From Selaginella moellendorffii (lineage: Eukaryota > Plantae > Lycopodiophyta): a stretch of 64,000 nucleotides of DNA. This document shows, piece after piece, positions 23,465 through 34,027 of the stretch. Under the pieces are notes generated by a model. It was not told where the DNA came from. It made no database searches and saw nothing but the letters and a program-made list of their open reading frames with translations. Both the position numbers and the translations under genes were made by a program. Location of the stretch: the NCBI RefSeq assembly GCF_000143415.4, contig NW_003314261.1, positions 2,987,266 to 3,051,265 of the forward strand, given 5' to 3'. Each line of letters opens with the position of its first letter. Position 1 is the first letter of the stretch.

Positions 23465-24517
23465 TTAGCTTCCGGAAGTTTGTGCACACCCGAGCCCATG
23501 CTTGACGATGAGAGGCTCGGTGAATCCAAACATTTTTCGCTTCTCATTGTACTCGACGTAGTAGTTCTCTTGCTGGAGCGTTCCTATGACCGCCTGAGCG
23601 GCCCCAGTCTTGAGAAAGCCGAAGCACACCACGCCGGTGTTCTTGCCTGTTGGAATCATGTAGTTTCCCGGCGTGATCGTCCACAAGGCGTTCTTTCCAA
23701 AGTCCATGACAACGCTGGGGAACGAGCCGAGCTGCGTTGGGCTCATGCGGTAGCAAAGTGACAGCGGCTTGAAAGTCGCCGGTTCCCTCCTGATCTTCTT
23801 TCGCGCTGCTTCTCGGACAACTTGCTGCCGGACGAGATCGTATGCTGCATTTGGAAGGCTTGTGAACCGAGCCGTAGTTCCAATCTGGATAAACTCCTGT
23901 GCCTTGACGGGCACGGAGCCAAACTGGACTCTTTGCAACCGGAGCAAATACGTTGTCGAGCCGGAACGAGGATTGTTGTTGACGAAAAGCGGAGTCCGGA
24001 TGAAGGAAACAGGTCGGGACTGTAGAACGTCCGAGTTGTTAAACAGGAAGTAGCTCCGTCTTCCGAACGAAAGCTGGCCTCGACCACCGTCTTGCATTGC
24101 TCCCAGGCAATAGGCAAACGTGAGAGGAAGCTTTGCGGCGCTAGTAGCCTGGAAGGGAAAGCTGGACGTACTGGAACCCAGTGCCAAAATGCTGGGTGCG
24201 TTCTTCTGGCTTCTGCATGAGATTCGGACAGGAAGCTCCAGGCTTGTAGGAATCGAGCCGCCTGAAAGGCCAGTAAATGAGATGTTGAAGGTTTCGCTGG
24301 TCGACGCGCAGTTGGATACAGGAAGCTGAGCACTTGTGTCCAGAGTAAAGTCTCTAGACTGGAACTGGTTGCTCCTGCCAACCTTGAAAGTCAGTGTTGC
24401 GACAAAATTACTCCCAGAGGAGTGAAGTGAAGCGGATGGATAAATGCTCGACCGCTGAGCATAGCTCAAAACGCTATTCACAACGACGACCAGGACCTGC
24501 ACGAGAAAGGTTGCCAT
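23465..24517 (-). CDS. Secreted pepsin-fold protein of the TAXI/XEGIP/basic-7S type, probably non-proteolytic
   Basis: Signal peptide, FAYCL, LSLCY...FPSVVMDF, CFGF...VIGTLQQENYYVEY. The catalytic motifs read DTS and GTT instead of DTG/DSG. Confidence 0.8.
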   Translation of the reverse strand: MATFLVQVLVVVVNSVLSYAQRSSIYPSASLHSSGSNFVATLTFKVGRSNQFQSRDFTLDTSAQLPVSNCASTSETFNISFTGLSGGSIPTSLELPVRISCRSQKNAPSILALGSSTSSFPFQATSAAKLPLTFAYCLGAMQDGGRGQLSFGRRSYFLFNNSDVLQSRPVSFIRTPLFVNNNPRSGSTTYLLRLQRVQFGSVPVKAQEFIQIGTTARFTSLPNAAYDLVRQQVVREAARKKIRREPATFKPLSLCYRMSPTQLGSFPSVVMDFGKNALWTITPGNYMIPTGKNTGVVCFGFLKTGAAQAVIGTLQQENYYVEYNEKRKMFGFTEPLIVKHGLGCAQTSGS

Positions 24518-24677
24518 CGCCGCAAGTGAAAATGGCTGCTTGAAAATTCTCACCCTTTGGTTCATATATAAAGCCTTGAGTGTCATGTCCGAGAGGCATC
24601 ATATGATCCACTAGAAAAAGCGACCAGAGTAATAAGTTGCCGCAGAAGTGATAGAAGCACGGGGAAAAAGCAGAAAA

Positions 24678-24750
24678 TGGAGATGAGGGGCATTGATCCC
24701 CTTACCTATCGCATGCGAAGTGATCGCTCTACCAACTGAGCTACATCCCC
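24678..24750 (-). tRNA. trnA-CGC: tRNA-Ala (anticodon CGC), possibly weakened/pseudo
   Basis: GGGGATGTAGCTCAGTTGGTAGAGCGATCACTTCGCATGCGATAGGTAAGGGGATCAATGCCCCTCATCTCCA is 73 nt with a G3:U70 pair and is followed by TTTT...TTTTT. One A:C mismatch in the anticodon stem. Confidence 0.85.
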
Positions 24751-24824
24751 AGTTCGAATATTCACAGTATAAGCCGCATCACCTGGGAGGCAAACTAGTC
24801 ATCTGCACAGAGAGAACACGCCAT

Positions 24825-26538
24825 TCAATTAGTCAGGGGCAAAAGACTTAGATCGAGAAGCTTCCACCAGTTGAAACGAATTATCTCCTCGTCATCATCA
24901 CCGTCATCTGATTACAGGACAAATAAGCTAGAAAGTCAAAACATACAGTTCCACTTACAGTTTCTGTAGACAGCCATGAGATCTTGCTCGTTTACTTGCC
25001 AAAACTCATTTCCATCGATTTCTATGCCGTAGCTCGTCACCAGAAACGGCATAGCAATGGCAGGAGACACAGGACACTTCGCTATACGGATACACCGACG
25101 ACCTGCAAATGGTTGAAAAACAAATTAAGAAAGCAACAGAAATCTCACCTTCACGAACTTCTAGAACAAGTCTGATATTAACAGCATGCGCCCAAGCTGT
25201 ACCCAGAGCGACCCAAAGCTCTGACTCACCATCACCATATCCTACAACAATACATCGTAAACACACAATAGTTAGGAGATAGAATCCACACCTTCGTATG
25301 TGCCCGAGGCCCTCACGTGATTTGTCACGACGACTGGAAGTCTACATGATTCGGCGAGGTACCTGGAAATATGCACGATCTATCAGTTTGATTTTACTTG
25401 AGACTTACTTTAACAACGATGCTTGCTTTCCAAGCAACTCCTGCCTTTCGAAAATCTCGTCCTCCTTGTCTCTGCAAGGGGTGCCTCAGGTCATATGCTC
25501 ATTTCAAGGTGAAGCCTACCCTTCTAGTAAAGTTGCAATGCTATCGATCACCAAGAGCTTGACATTACCTTCAGGTATTATAGATTGCAGTTTCTGTAGG
25601 CTGAAAGCTCGAGAAGACGCATGTTAAAGAAAATAGATATCCGTCTTGATGGTACCTTGCACCTTTCTACGAGCTCCGGAGCAGAAGTAGGCGTCAATAT
25701 CATCATGCGCTGCGCAATCTACGTTGAAAAAAGACAATGAGTCATTTGAGCGATTAGAAAATGAAAGCTTACTTCTCGGACACTGGCCTCGTTACAGAAA
25801 ATCCCGGGATATTTGTGGGAGCCTATTTGCATCACCCTTCACACGCATCGAGCACTTCAACCTACATACATTGTATAATTTCCTTCAGATTACCTTGTGG
25901 TGGAAAACTTTCGCTCAGTATCAATGTAAACAACACTGCCCCCAAGGCCACCAAAGCTCGTCGGAATGACCGTCTGGATCGATAGAGTGAGACAGAGCTG
26001 GCAAAGAAAAAAAAAATGGAAAGAAACGAACCATTGTCATTCCAGGAAAAACAATTTATAAAGGACCTGTGTCTTTCCAATGCCTGGGGGTCCAACAAGC
26101 TCAGTGATAACACCGGATGGAATCCCACCACACAGGGCGTCGTCGAGGAGCTTCAAAGTAGTCGAGAGGTGACCCATAGCAACCTCGTTCTTAGATCGCA
26201 TTTGCACGATAGAGAGCACCTAACGGCGAAAGAAAAACAAATCAAACAAGGCGAGAAAAAAAAAGTCGAAGAAGCGCAATCACACCGTCTTGAATGGCGG
26301 ACAAACGCTCTTGTTGATGCGCGCGAGCGCGGCCTCGAAAGAATCCATCGGCATGTCGAGGAGTTCCATGAGCTCCATTTCTGTCAATCCCAGCGCATCC
26401 TGCCCACAATGCAGGCGATCTTCGGCCCAAGAACGCTCGCAATCAGGATATTACCTTGGCATTGTGGATCTTGCGAGCTGCGAAGAGACGAACCACGGCC
26501 TCGTCGAGCCCCATCCTGGCGATCGACCTGTTCGCCAT
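24825..26538 (-). CDS. RAD51B: DNA repair protein RAD51 homolog B, multi-exon
   Basis: MANRSIARMGL...FAARKIHNAK, LDDALCGGIPSGVITELVGPPGIGKTQ (Walker A), ALGTAWAHAVNIRLVLE and IRIAKCP. Last exon approximate. Confidence 0.9.
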
Positions 26539-26817
26539 CGCCCAAACCCTAAACCTGTGCCTCAAAGATTTTGAACATATTCAGGTATATTCTAAAACGT
26601 ATATTCTAGAATACTGTCAAAACTCCTAAACCCTAAGCCTTAAAGGAACTCATTATCTCTTTATTTAATTACTTTTATTATATTATTTCAATGTGTCTAC
26701 GTATGGTATATTATGTATGCTGGTATCAAGGCAGCCACTACAGATCAGGCTTTAAGATTGGATTCCATGCTTTGCGTGAAAGACTTTCGGTCATTAAACT
26801 TAAGATTGTGATGGGAT

Positions 26818-27468
26818 TTAGAGGTGGAGGCCAAGGGAGCAGGAATCGAGTTTGCTAACCTTGAGGAAGAGTTCGTGCTTGAGCACCATGTTTGCTCCAC
26901 CGGCGTACGCAAGAACCTGGGTGGCAACCTGGCGACCCTTTGAGAAGTACAAGTCCCCAGTTCCCCCAAAAACTGGGAGATCATTGGCAATCAGCGAGAA
27001 ATCGAACAGACCATCCGCGGAAACGTAAGAACCATTGTAAAACGGTGTGGAGAAGACAACCGCGCTGTTGTAAGTGACCAAGCTCCCAGCCACCGGCACG
27101 AAGAACGTCCCTTTGACCCTCCCAATCTCTTGGGACTCGTAAGATGGAGTGAGAGTGAGGCGATTGTTAAACACAGCTCCATATCCGGCGGTAAAGTTGG
27201 GATTCAAGCTTGTGCTTCCCAGGATCGCCCGCTCGCTCTGGATCTGGCTCGAGTTGGCTGGGCTCCTGATAATGTGGCTGTAGAACACAAAGTTCTTTGG
27301 AAGCCCGCAGCAGCAGTCGAGAAGCTTGAAAGTTTTGGTTGTTAAAAATCATATGAGTAAGTGATATAGAAAACTTACTGATATGGGAGGAAGATCAAGC
27401 GATGAGATTGCGAGTACCAAAGTCATGATCAGCAAACTTGTGAAATGTGCAACATGCTTGTCAGCCAT
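26818..27468 (-). CDS. Divergent dirigent-like protein, 2 exons
   Basis: Exon 1 MADKHVAHFTSLLIMTLVLAISS (signal peptide) splices in phase 0 to LLDCCCGLPKNFVFYSH...GAVFNNRLT...IGRVKG...LPVFGGTGDL. Confidence 0.8.
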
Positions 27469-28291
27469 CTCTGGACGACGCACAGATTAACGAGTGATTT
27501 GGGGGCGAAGTTATGCGACTAATTGGAGCGGGGGTCCGCAAAGTCAACGAGATGGATCGTGATTTTCGCTGCCGAGTTGCCAAAGTCAAAGATACCCGCG
27601 GGCTGGTGGAACGAACATAAGGATGGTAAGGGTTCTTGGGGTTGGTTTCTAGCGTATAATGTAATTCATGATAAGATTTTATCTCGATTGAATGTATGGC
27701 TTTCGACGTCTGTCAATGTTGAGGCTGATGGGCAGAAAAATATAAGTCTTTTGGCTCTTTTGAGACAAGCACGGGCGTGTCGCCTTGATTAAATCCAAGC
27801 ACACGTAGATTTTTGCGATTGGCAGCGAGCGTGTCAAGCATCTCTTTGAGACTTTGACATATTTGTTCGTTTCACGGCTCTCTCCCAAATTCCGGAAGAG
27901 CGGGAAGAACAATCGAGACAATGCGCGAGGAAAATCTCAGAAAACCGCCACGAAGCAGTTTCCAGATTATAACTTGTCACCAAGCGCGGTGGAATATCCC
28001 GCCACGTTGCGGGGGAATAGGCCTGGCTATGGCGAGCTATGCCCCTGTTCATCATGACTGGAGTAAAACCACGTCCGGCGATCATACCAAAGAAAAACGA
28101 GCATCTTTTAAATCAATGTGATGGATTCGAAGCAGAGGAGAGGGAATTAGGGCTCCATTTTTTTGCCGACGCTTCTTCTTCGCCTTCCTCCTCTTTCGCC
28201 TCTCGCGATCGCCATGCGCAGCTCGCCGATCGCTCAATCGATCCAAGAAATCCGGTTTCTTGGCCGCCTCGCCGCGAGGTAGCACCAGATT

Positions 28292-31070
28292 ATGGATTTT
28301 TGGGACAAGCAGCGGCAAAAGATCCAGCTCCGGAGGGCATCGCTGGCGGCGATCGCGCTCCTCGCCTGCATTGTCTTCGTCTACCAGAGCTTCCAGGAGC
28401 CAAGCGATTCCTCCTCCTCTTCTTCTTGGTTTTCTTTTCACAGCCCCGGAAGAACGAGGCACGAGGCCGCGTCGGCCATTTCCGGCAACGATTCCACGCG
28501 ATCCAAGCCCGCCATCGAGCTCGTGTCCCAGGCCACTTCCAGCTCGATTCCACCGCCACAATTACTTCCTGGCAGCCCACCGCCGGTTCCTTCGCAAGAA
28601 CTAGGACAAGGAGGCGGCGACGAGCTTCCTCTTCTTCCTCCATCGATTGCTCCCTCGCCGACGCAAGAAATTTCTCTTCCGAAGAAGAATTTGACACAGG
28701 AAAGATCGGATTTCAATGCTTCTGCTCTTGCCAATTTGGATCGCAAAGTCGTCAGGAAACGCGAGGTCGGTGGATTTCCTCTTTTTTTTTTCCTTCCTTC
28801 GTGTGCGTTCTTCCGCTGCATGGATTCATGCTCCAAACTCGTTGGATTTTTTTCTTTCGAAGTTTTCGATTTTGTCGAGGTTCGAGTAATTACTAATCTC
28901 TGGCTGGATCTCGAATTGGATCTCTTGGGGTCGAATCGCATTGCGTCTCGTGGTTCGCTTCTCACTCCCGAATTTAACTCTTTGGTTTCTGTCATGTAGA
29001 TACCGCAATGGCGTGTGATTCTGGAACAGGATCTTCGTCGTGCGAAGCAAGAGATCAAGGTCGCAGGGCCACGGAACACGCAGCTGGATCCACAAGCCAC
29101 CCGATCCATCTACCTCAATGCCTACAAGTTCCACAAGTACGTTCATTCTTTCTTGGTCTTCGTGCAAATTTTTTCGTGCCTGTTTTCGAGAGTGACACTG
29201 TGACAGTCACTGGAAGAACCAGAGTTTGAGTTAGTGTGTAAGTTGGCCAGTTCGTTCCACCACAGTTTGCATGGATGATACATTGTCTCCGCAAGTTGCC
29301 TGGAATGCTTTCTTTGTGGTTTTTGGTTTTCCTGGAGTTTTTTTCTCTTCCAGTACGTAGAGTTTGTTGAGCTGTTATGCTTGCCCTGTCCCGTTCGCTC
29401 GCTCGTGCCATTGTTTTATTCTCTTAATTCTCGTACGAGTTTCCAGTGTAACTTCTTCGTTGTTTAAGCTCTTGCTTAATGAGTTTTCCTTACTTCTTTG
29501 CGAATTCGTGGCAGCGACTGACTTGGTTCGTCTGTTTCAATCGCAGGAGCTACGAACTCATGGAGAGATTGTTCAAAGTGTACGTATACAAGGAAGGGGA
29601 GCCTCGGCTCGTCCACAAGGGACCTTTGACGGGGATTTACTCCTCCGAGGGGCGATTCATTCACGAGATGAACCAAAACAGCCGCTTTGTCACGCACGAT
29701 CCGCAAGAGGCCCACATGTTTTTTCTTCCGTATAGCGTTGCTCACATGGTTCTCGACCTCTACGTTCCAGGCTCGCACACCATGCTGCCGCTCGCCACTT
29801 TCATCAAGGACTACGTCAATCTCATCGCCAGCAAGCACCCGTTTTGGAACCTGACCCGTGGCTCCGATCACTTCTTCACCTCCTGCCATGACTGGGTACG
29901 CAGTTTTCTATTTCTTAGGAAAAAAACTGAGATGGTGCATCTTTGGTGGGGCTTGCAGTCTTATCGTCTAGCTAGCACTTAATGAGAATGGTTCGTTTTT
30001 GCATTTAGTGGTCTGTCTGTCTTTCATTTGTTTAAGCATAAAGTCTCTCCTCCATGATTTTTTTTATTCCTGTTCATGTGGAGAATATCATGCTAGCACT
30101 TCTTTGGGTATGATTGTCGGATTAAACTACTTGCATTCTCTTTTTTGTTCTTGGGCTAAAGTTTGTACCCAACACGGTTTGTTCTCCTTTCCACGGGAAC
30201 TTTCCTGTGCTACATGAAAATCTCATGCTTTGTACCCGCGGAAAGTGTGGTGGAATTCCAGCTTACCCGAATGAGTGGAAGTGTCACATAATTTCTGTGC
30301 TTTTTGATTGTGCCGAACACTTGTCTGATTGAAGTCTTAGTACTATTTCTGACCTGTGCTCCTTTCAGGGCCCCGCAACAGCCCGAGACCACCCGGAGCT
30401 CCGCAAAAACTCCGTCAAAGTGGTGTGCAACTCGGACCTCACGGAGGAGTTCGTGCCGGACAAGGACGCGTCGCTGCCCGAGACGTATCTCCATGCGGTA
30501 AAGCTTCCGACCAAGCTCGGCGGCCCGGGGCCGAGCAAACGGCCCATCCTGGCCTTCTTCGCGGGTCAGATGCACGGGAGAGTCCGGCCGGCACTGATCA
30601 AGCACTGGAAGGACCGAGGAGACCCCGACATGAGAATCTACGAGGTGCTCCCACCCGAGGTGGCGCGGCGGACGAGCTACGTCCAGCACATGAAGAGCAG
30701 CAAGTTTTGCATCTGCGCCATGGGATTCGAGGTGAACAGCCCCAGGATCGTGGAGTCGATATACTACGACTGCGTGCCGGTGCTGATCGCCGACAACTTC
30801 GTGCTGCCATTCAGCGACGTTCTCAACTGGGGATCCTTCTCGCTCACGGTGAGCGAGAAGGACGTTCCCCGGCTCAAGGAACTGCTGCTGGCGGTGTCCG
30901 AGGATCGGTACCGAAAGATGCAGAGCCGGCTCAAGAAGGTGAGGAAGCATTTCTTGTGGCACGACAGCGCGGAGAGGTTTGATATGTTTCATATGATCTT
31001 GCACTCGGTTTGGACGAGGAGGCTGCAGCAGATGGATGCGATTATCGGTCATGAGACGTCCATGGTTTGA
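28292..31070 (+). CDS. Exostosin-family (GT47) glycosyltransferase, At5g03795/XGD1-like, 4 exons
   Basis: N-terminal TM, SYELMERLFKVYVYKEGE, GIYSSEGRFI, WNLTRGSDHFFTSCHDW and SKFCICAMGFEVNSPRIVESIYYDCVPV. Confidence 0.93.
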
Positions 31071-31224
31071 GATGTGATAGAACAATGGTTTTGGAAGAGA
31101 ATCTACCTTGTGTGAATACTTCTTTCACGAATAAAATTCATTTCATGGTATATACCTACCATGAGCAAGTTAAGATATAATCTAACACATATAATCTATA
31201 TTTGTAAACTTAGGGTTTGGCAAG

Positions 31225-32361
31225 ATGCGTGGTGAGCAAGTCTTGTGGGTGGTGGTCGAAAACGTGGAGTTGGATCATCTCTGCGTTGGGCTTGGCCACC
31301 TTCACCAGGAATGTCCAGAACTCTTTGCAGATGAGCTGATTGATTTGATTATTGACAAAGCACCACTGTTAAAGGTATCAGTTTTCCACATGCTCATTGG
31401 GAAAAGGCGCAGTAACACTGTGGTCCGAAGGTTTCTTGATGCCGAGTTTGCAAACGATGCTCTGAACTCACTTGACCAGGCGTGTGATCAGGAGACTTTC
31501 ACAAGAGTACTTGCATATCCTTTTGAGAGGAGGCCCCCTCTCAACGGCAAGCTTTTGGATGCCATCGACACAATGAAGGGTTTGGGCTACAAACGCGAGA
31601 TTTGTGTGTTTGAAAATGCTATTCTTTTCTCACCTAACGAGAGGCTCTTTTGTGAAATGGTTAAGGAACATCCAAATGAGGCTGCAGAACCAGATGTGTA
31701 CCAAAAAACGTTTGACAAGGGGAATATGGAGCTTAAACATTTTGTTGGTTTAGAGGCAAAAGCCAAGGGTGTCAAGCTGAGTATTGAATCGTTCTTCAAA
31801 GGAATACCTGAAAGTGATGTGAACAGGGGTCTCGCTTTACTGCTTGAGATTTCTGCCTCTCCAGCACAAGCTTATCAGATTGGGCTGAATAGTATAAGCT
31901 CGCCCCATATCTTTGTATCTATTTTGAAAAAGGCTGTAGAGGCAAAAGTGACGGTGAATCCAACTTCAAAGCTTATTCACATGCTTGGACAGGTGAAAAA
32001 TGACCTGGGAGATACGTTTGTAGCAGATGCCATAAAGAGAGACCTTCTCAAATTGGATGATAAAGAACTAGCAGGCTGTTTTCGAACACCTTCATACTCT
32101 TCTGCTAACTGGGCGATTAACCAGGAGAATGCTAGACTACTTTTTAAGTTGGCAACCACAAACAGTTGCCAGCCATTCCCTCTACTCCTGAAGGAGATGC
32201 TACGAACAAGCTTTCACGCAGATTCGGTGTGGCTCTGCTATGTGGCATTTCGCAACTTGATGAATCCTGATGCAGATACATGTCGCGAAATGGCTGGAAA
32301 ACTCGATGAATATGGTATGACTACCGAAGCTAGTTATTTGCTGGACTATTATTTCCCGTAA
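31225..32361 (+). CDS. Intronless orphan protein (378 aa), family not recognised
   Basis: Long open frame in fairly AT-rich DNA. Telo-box TAGGGTTT just before the ATG. A decayed paralogue at 35088-35611 supports coding ancestry. Confidence 0.65.
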   Translation: MRGEQVLWVVVENVELDHLCVGLGHLHQECPELFADELIDLIIDKAPLLKVSVFHMLIGKRRSNTVVRRFLDAEFANDALNSLDQACDQETFTRVLAYPFERRPPLNGKLLDAIDTMKGLGYKREICVFENAILFSPNERLFCEMVKEHPNEAAEPDVYQKTFDKGNMELKHFVGLEAKAKGVKLSIESFFKGIPESDVNRGLALLLEISASPAQAYQIGLNSISSPHIFVSILKKAVEAKVTVNPTSKLIHMLGQVKNDLGDTFVADAIKRDLLKLDDKELAGCFRTPSYSSANWAINQENARLLFKLATTNSCQPFPLLLKEMLRTSFHADSVWLCYVAFRNLMNPDADTCREMAGKLDEYGMTTEASYLLDYYFP

Positions 32362-32414
32362 ATTCGTTCAATAATGTTAATATATTTTTTAAGATGTTTA
32401 TTTTCTAGTTGATC

Positions 32415-33635
32415 CTGGGGTTTATGAATGTTGGTTGGGCTTCCTAGGAAATGGTGGAAATATGGTGGGCTGTCCACCAGCATCGCGCTGCTTGCGCCCA
32501 TCCATCGGCAAGGCTAGAGAATTTAGACTCCGATTTCGGCCGGGGGCTTCGATATACGGTGGAGGATGGATTCGATTGATCGACCTCGCATTCCAGAAGT
32601 ATGTTCATTCTTTCTTCTTTTCGTGCCTATTTTTCGTGCCTGTACGTAGAGTTTGTTCAGCTGTTCTGTCCCGTTCGCTCTCGCCCGTGCCATTGTTTTA
32701 TTCTCTAATGGTCCTACGAGTTTCCTTGTAACAAAGTGTACGTATACGAGGAAGGGGATCCTCGGCTCGTCCACAAGGGACCTTTGACGGGGATTTACTC
32801 CTCCGAGGGGCGGTTCATTCACGAGATGAACCAAAACGGCACGATCCGAAGAGGCCCACATTCCATATAGCGTTGCTCCAGGCTCGCACAGCATGCTTCC
32901 ACTCATCACTTTCATCAAGGACTACGTCAATCTCATCGCCAGCAAGAACCCGCTTTGGAACCTGACCCGTGGCTCCGATCACTTCTTCGTCTCCTGCGAT
33001 GACTGGGTAACGCAGTTTTCTATTTCTTAGAAAAAAAAAACTGAGCTGGTGCGTGCATTTTTGGTGGGGCTTGCAATCTTATTGTCTAGCTAGTACTTGA
33101 TTTACATTACATTGCAGGCTGTTTATAAAGGACACGTAGGGCATCCGAACTGGTTATTTAGAAGCAGTATTTGTGTAGATTCATGTCCGGCAGATGAAAC
33201 TGGAAACATATCTGGCATATGTGTAAGTGAATTGAGCAGCGTAGTCTTGACCATTGCTGCTTTTATGGCCAGGATTCAGTGTTTCTTGGGCCCAGTTGAT
33301 ATCTTGTATCCGAGACTCTGTGTAGGCAAAGGAAGCCTCAAGTGCACTGTGTAGTGTTGAGTATGGTGGTTAAGTGCAATGGGTTCACTTCTTGGCAGTA
33401 GAGAGAGGTAGTACTTCGTCAAGAATGGTTCGTTTGAGCATTTAGTGGTCTGTCTCATTTGTTTGAGCATTTAGTGTCTCTATAATTTTGACCTTCCTGT
33501 TCATTTGGAGAGAATATCATGCTAGCACTTCTTTGGGTATGACTGTTGGACTAAACTACTTGCATTCTCTTCGACACTTCCACTCATTCGGATAAGCTGG
33601 AATTCCACCCCTTTCCGCAGGTGCAAAGCATGAGG
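32415..33635 (+). pseudogene. Chimeric relic: 5' fragment of the downstream PPR gene fused to exon/intron fragments of the upstream GT47 gene
   Basis: 32436-32578 matches blocks of 35686-35885. 32590-33570 matches blocks of 29130-30140. 33573-33635 is an inverted copy of about 30222-30287. Confidence 0.85.
33099..33408 (-). mobile_element. 310-bp insertion flanked by an 8-bp direct repeat, possibly a 5'-truncated non-LTR element
   Basis: TAGTACTT at 33091-33098 and 33409-33416. The parent intron (about 29970) has a single TAGCACTT and no insert. The minus-strand end has an (AATGT)n tail. Confidence 0.55.
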
Positions 33636-34027
33636 TCCCATAATTTTGATTGTGCGTTGGTCCCCGAGCAACAAAGTCTTCGTCTACTATTTTGTTTTCG
33701 ATATTCTCAGTTTTTGATTTGAGTTTCTTGTTCATGAACTAGAACAGTGTAAGGAGATAGTCTTGATGTTGCGGAAAGCACTCCTTGCAAAGTGCATGTG
33801 TCCATGGGAGCATATGCCAAAGGTTTATCAATGGATGGGGCTTCCGGGCATTTAGCAGGGGTAGGGGACAGCGACAGCAGAGAAGAGGAAGGCGGACGAG
33901 CTGGAGCTTCTGGAAGCTGTAAGAGTGGTGCCTGAGATTGCGTACGCTGGATCTGTGCTTTGGATTGGCTTGAGTGCTCAAAAGCTGCCCAAATTGGAGT
34001 ACTAATAATAACTTCGGGTTTTAGTGT

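Noticed and set aside
27660-27730. Weak C/D-box snoRNA-like pattern (ATGATAA...CTGA)
   Set aside because: Imperfect C box, no terminal stem and no recognisable rRNA antisense element.
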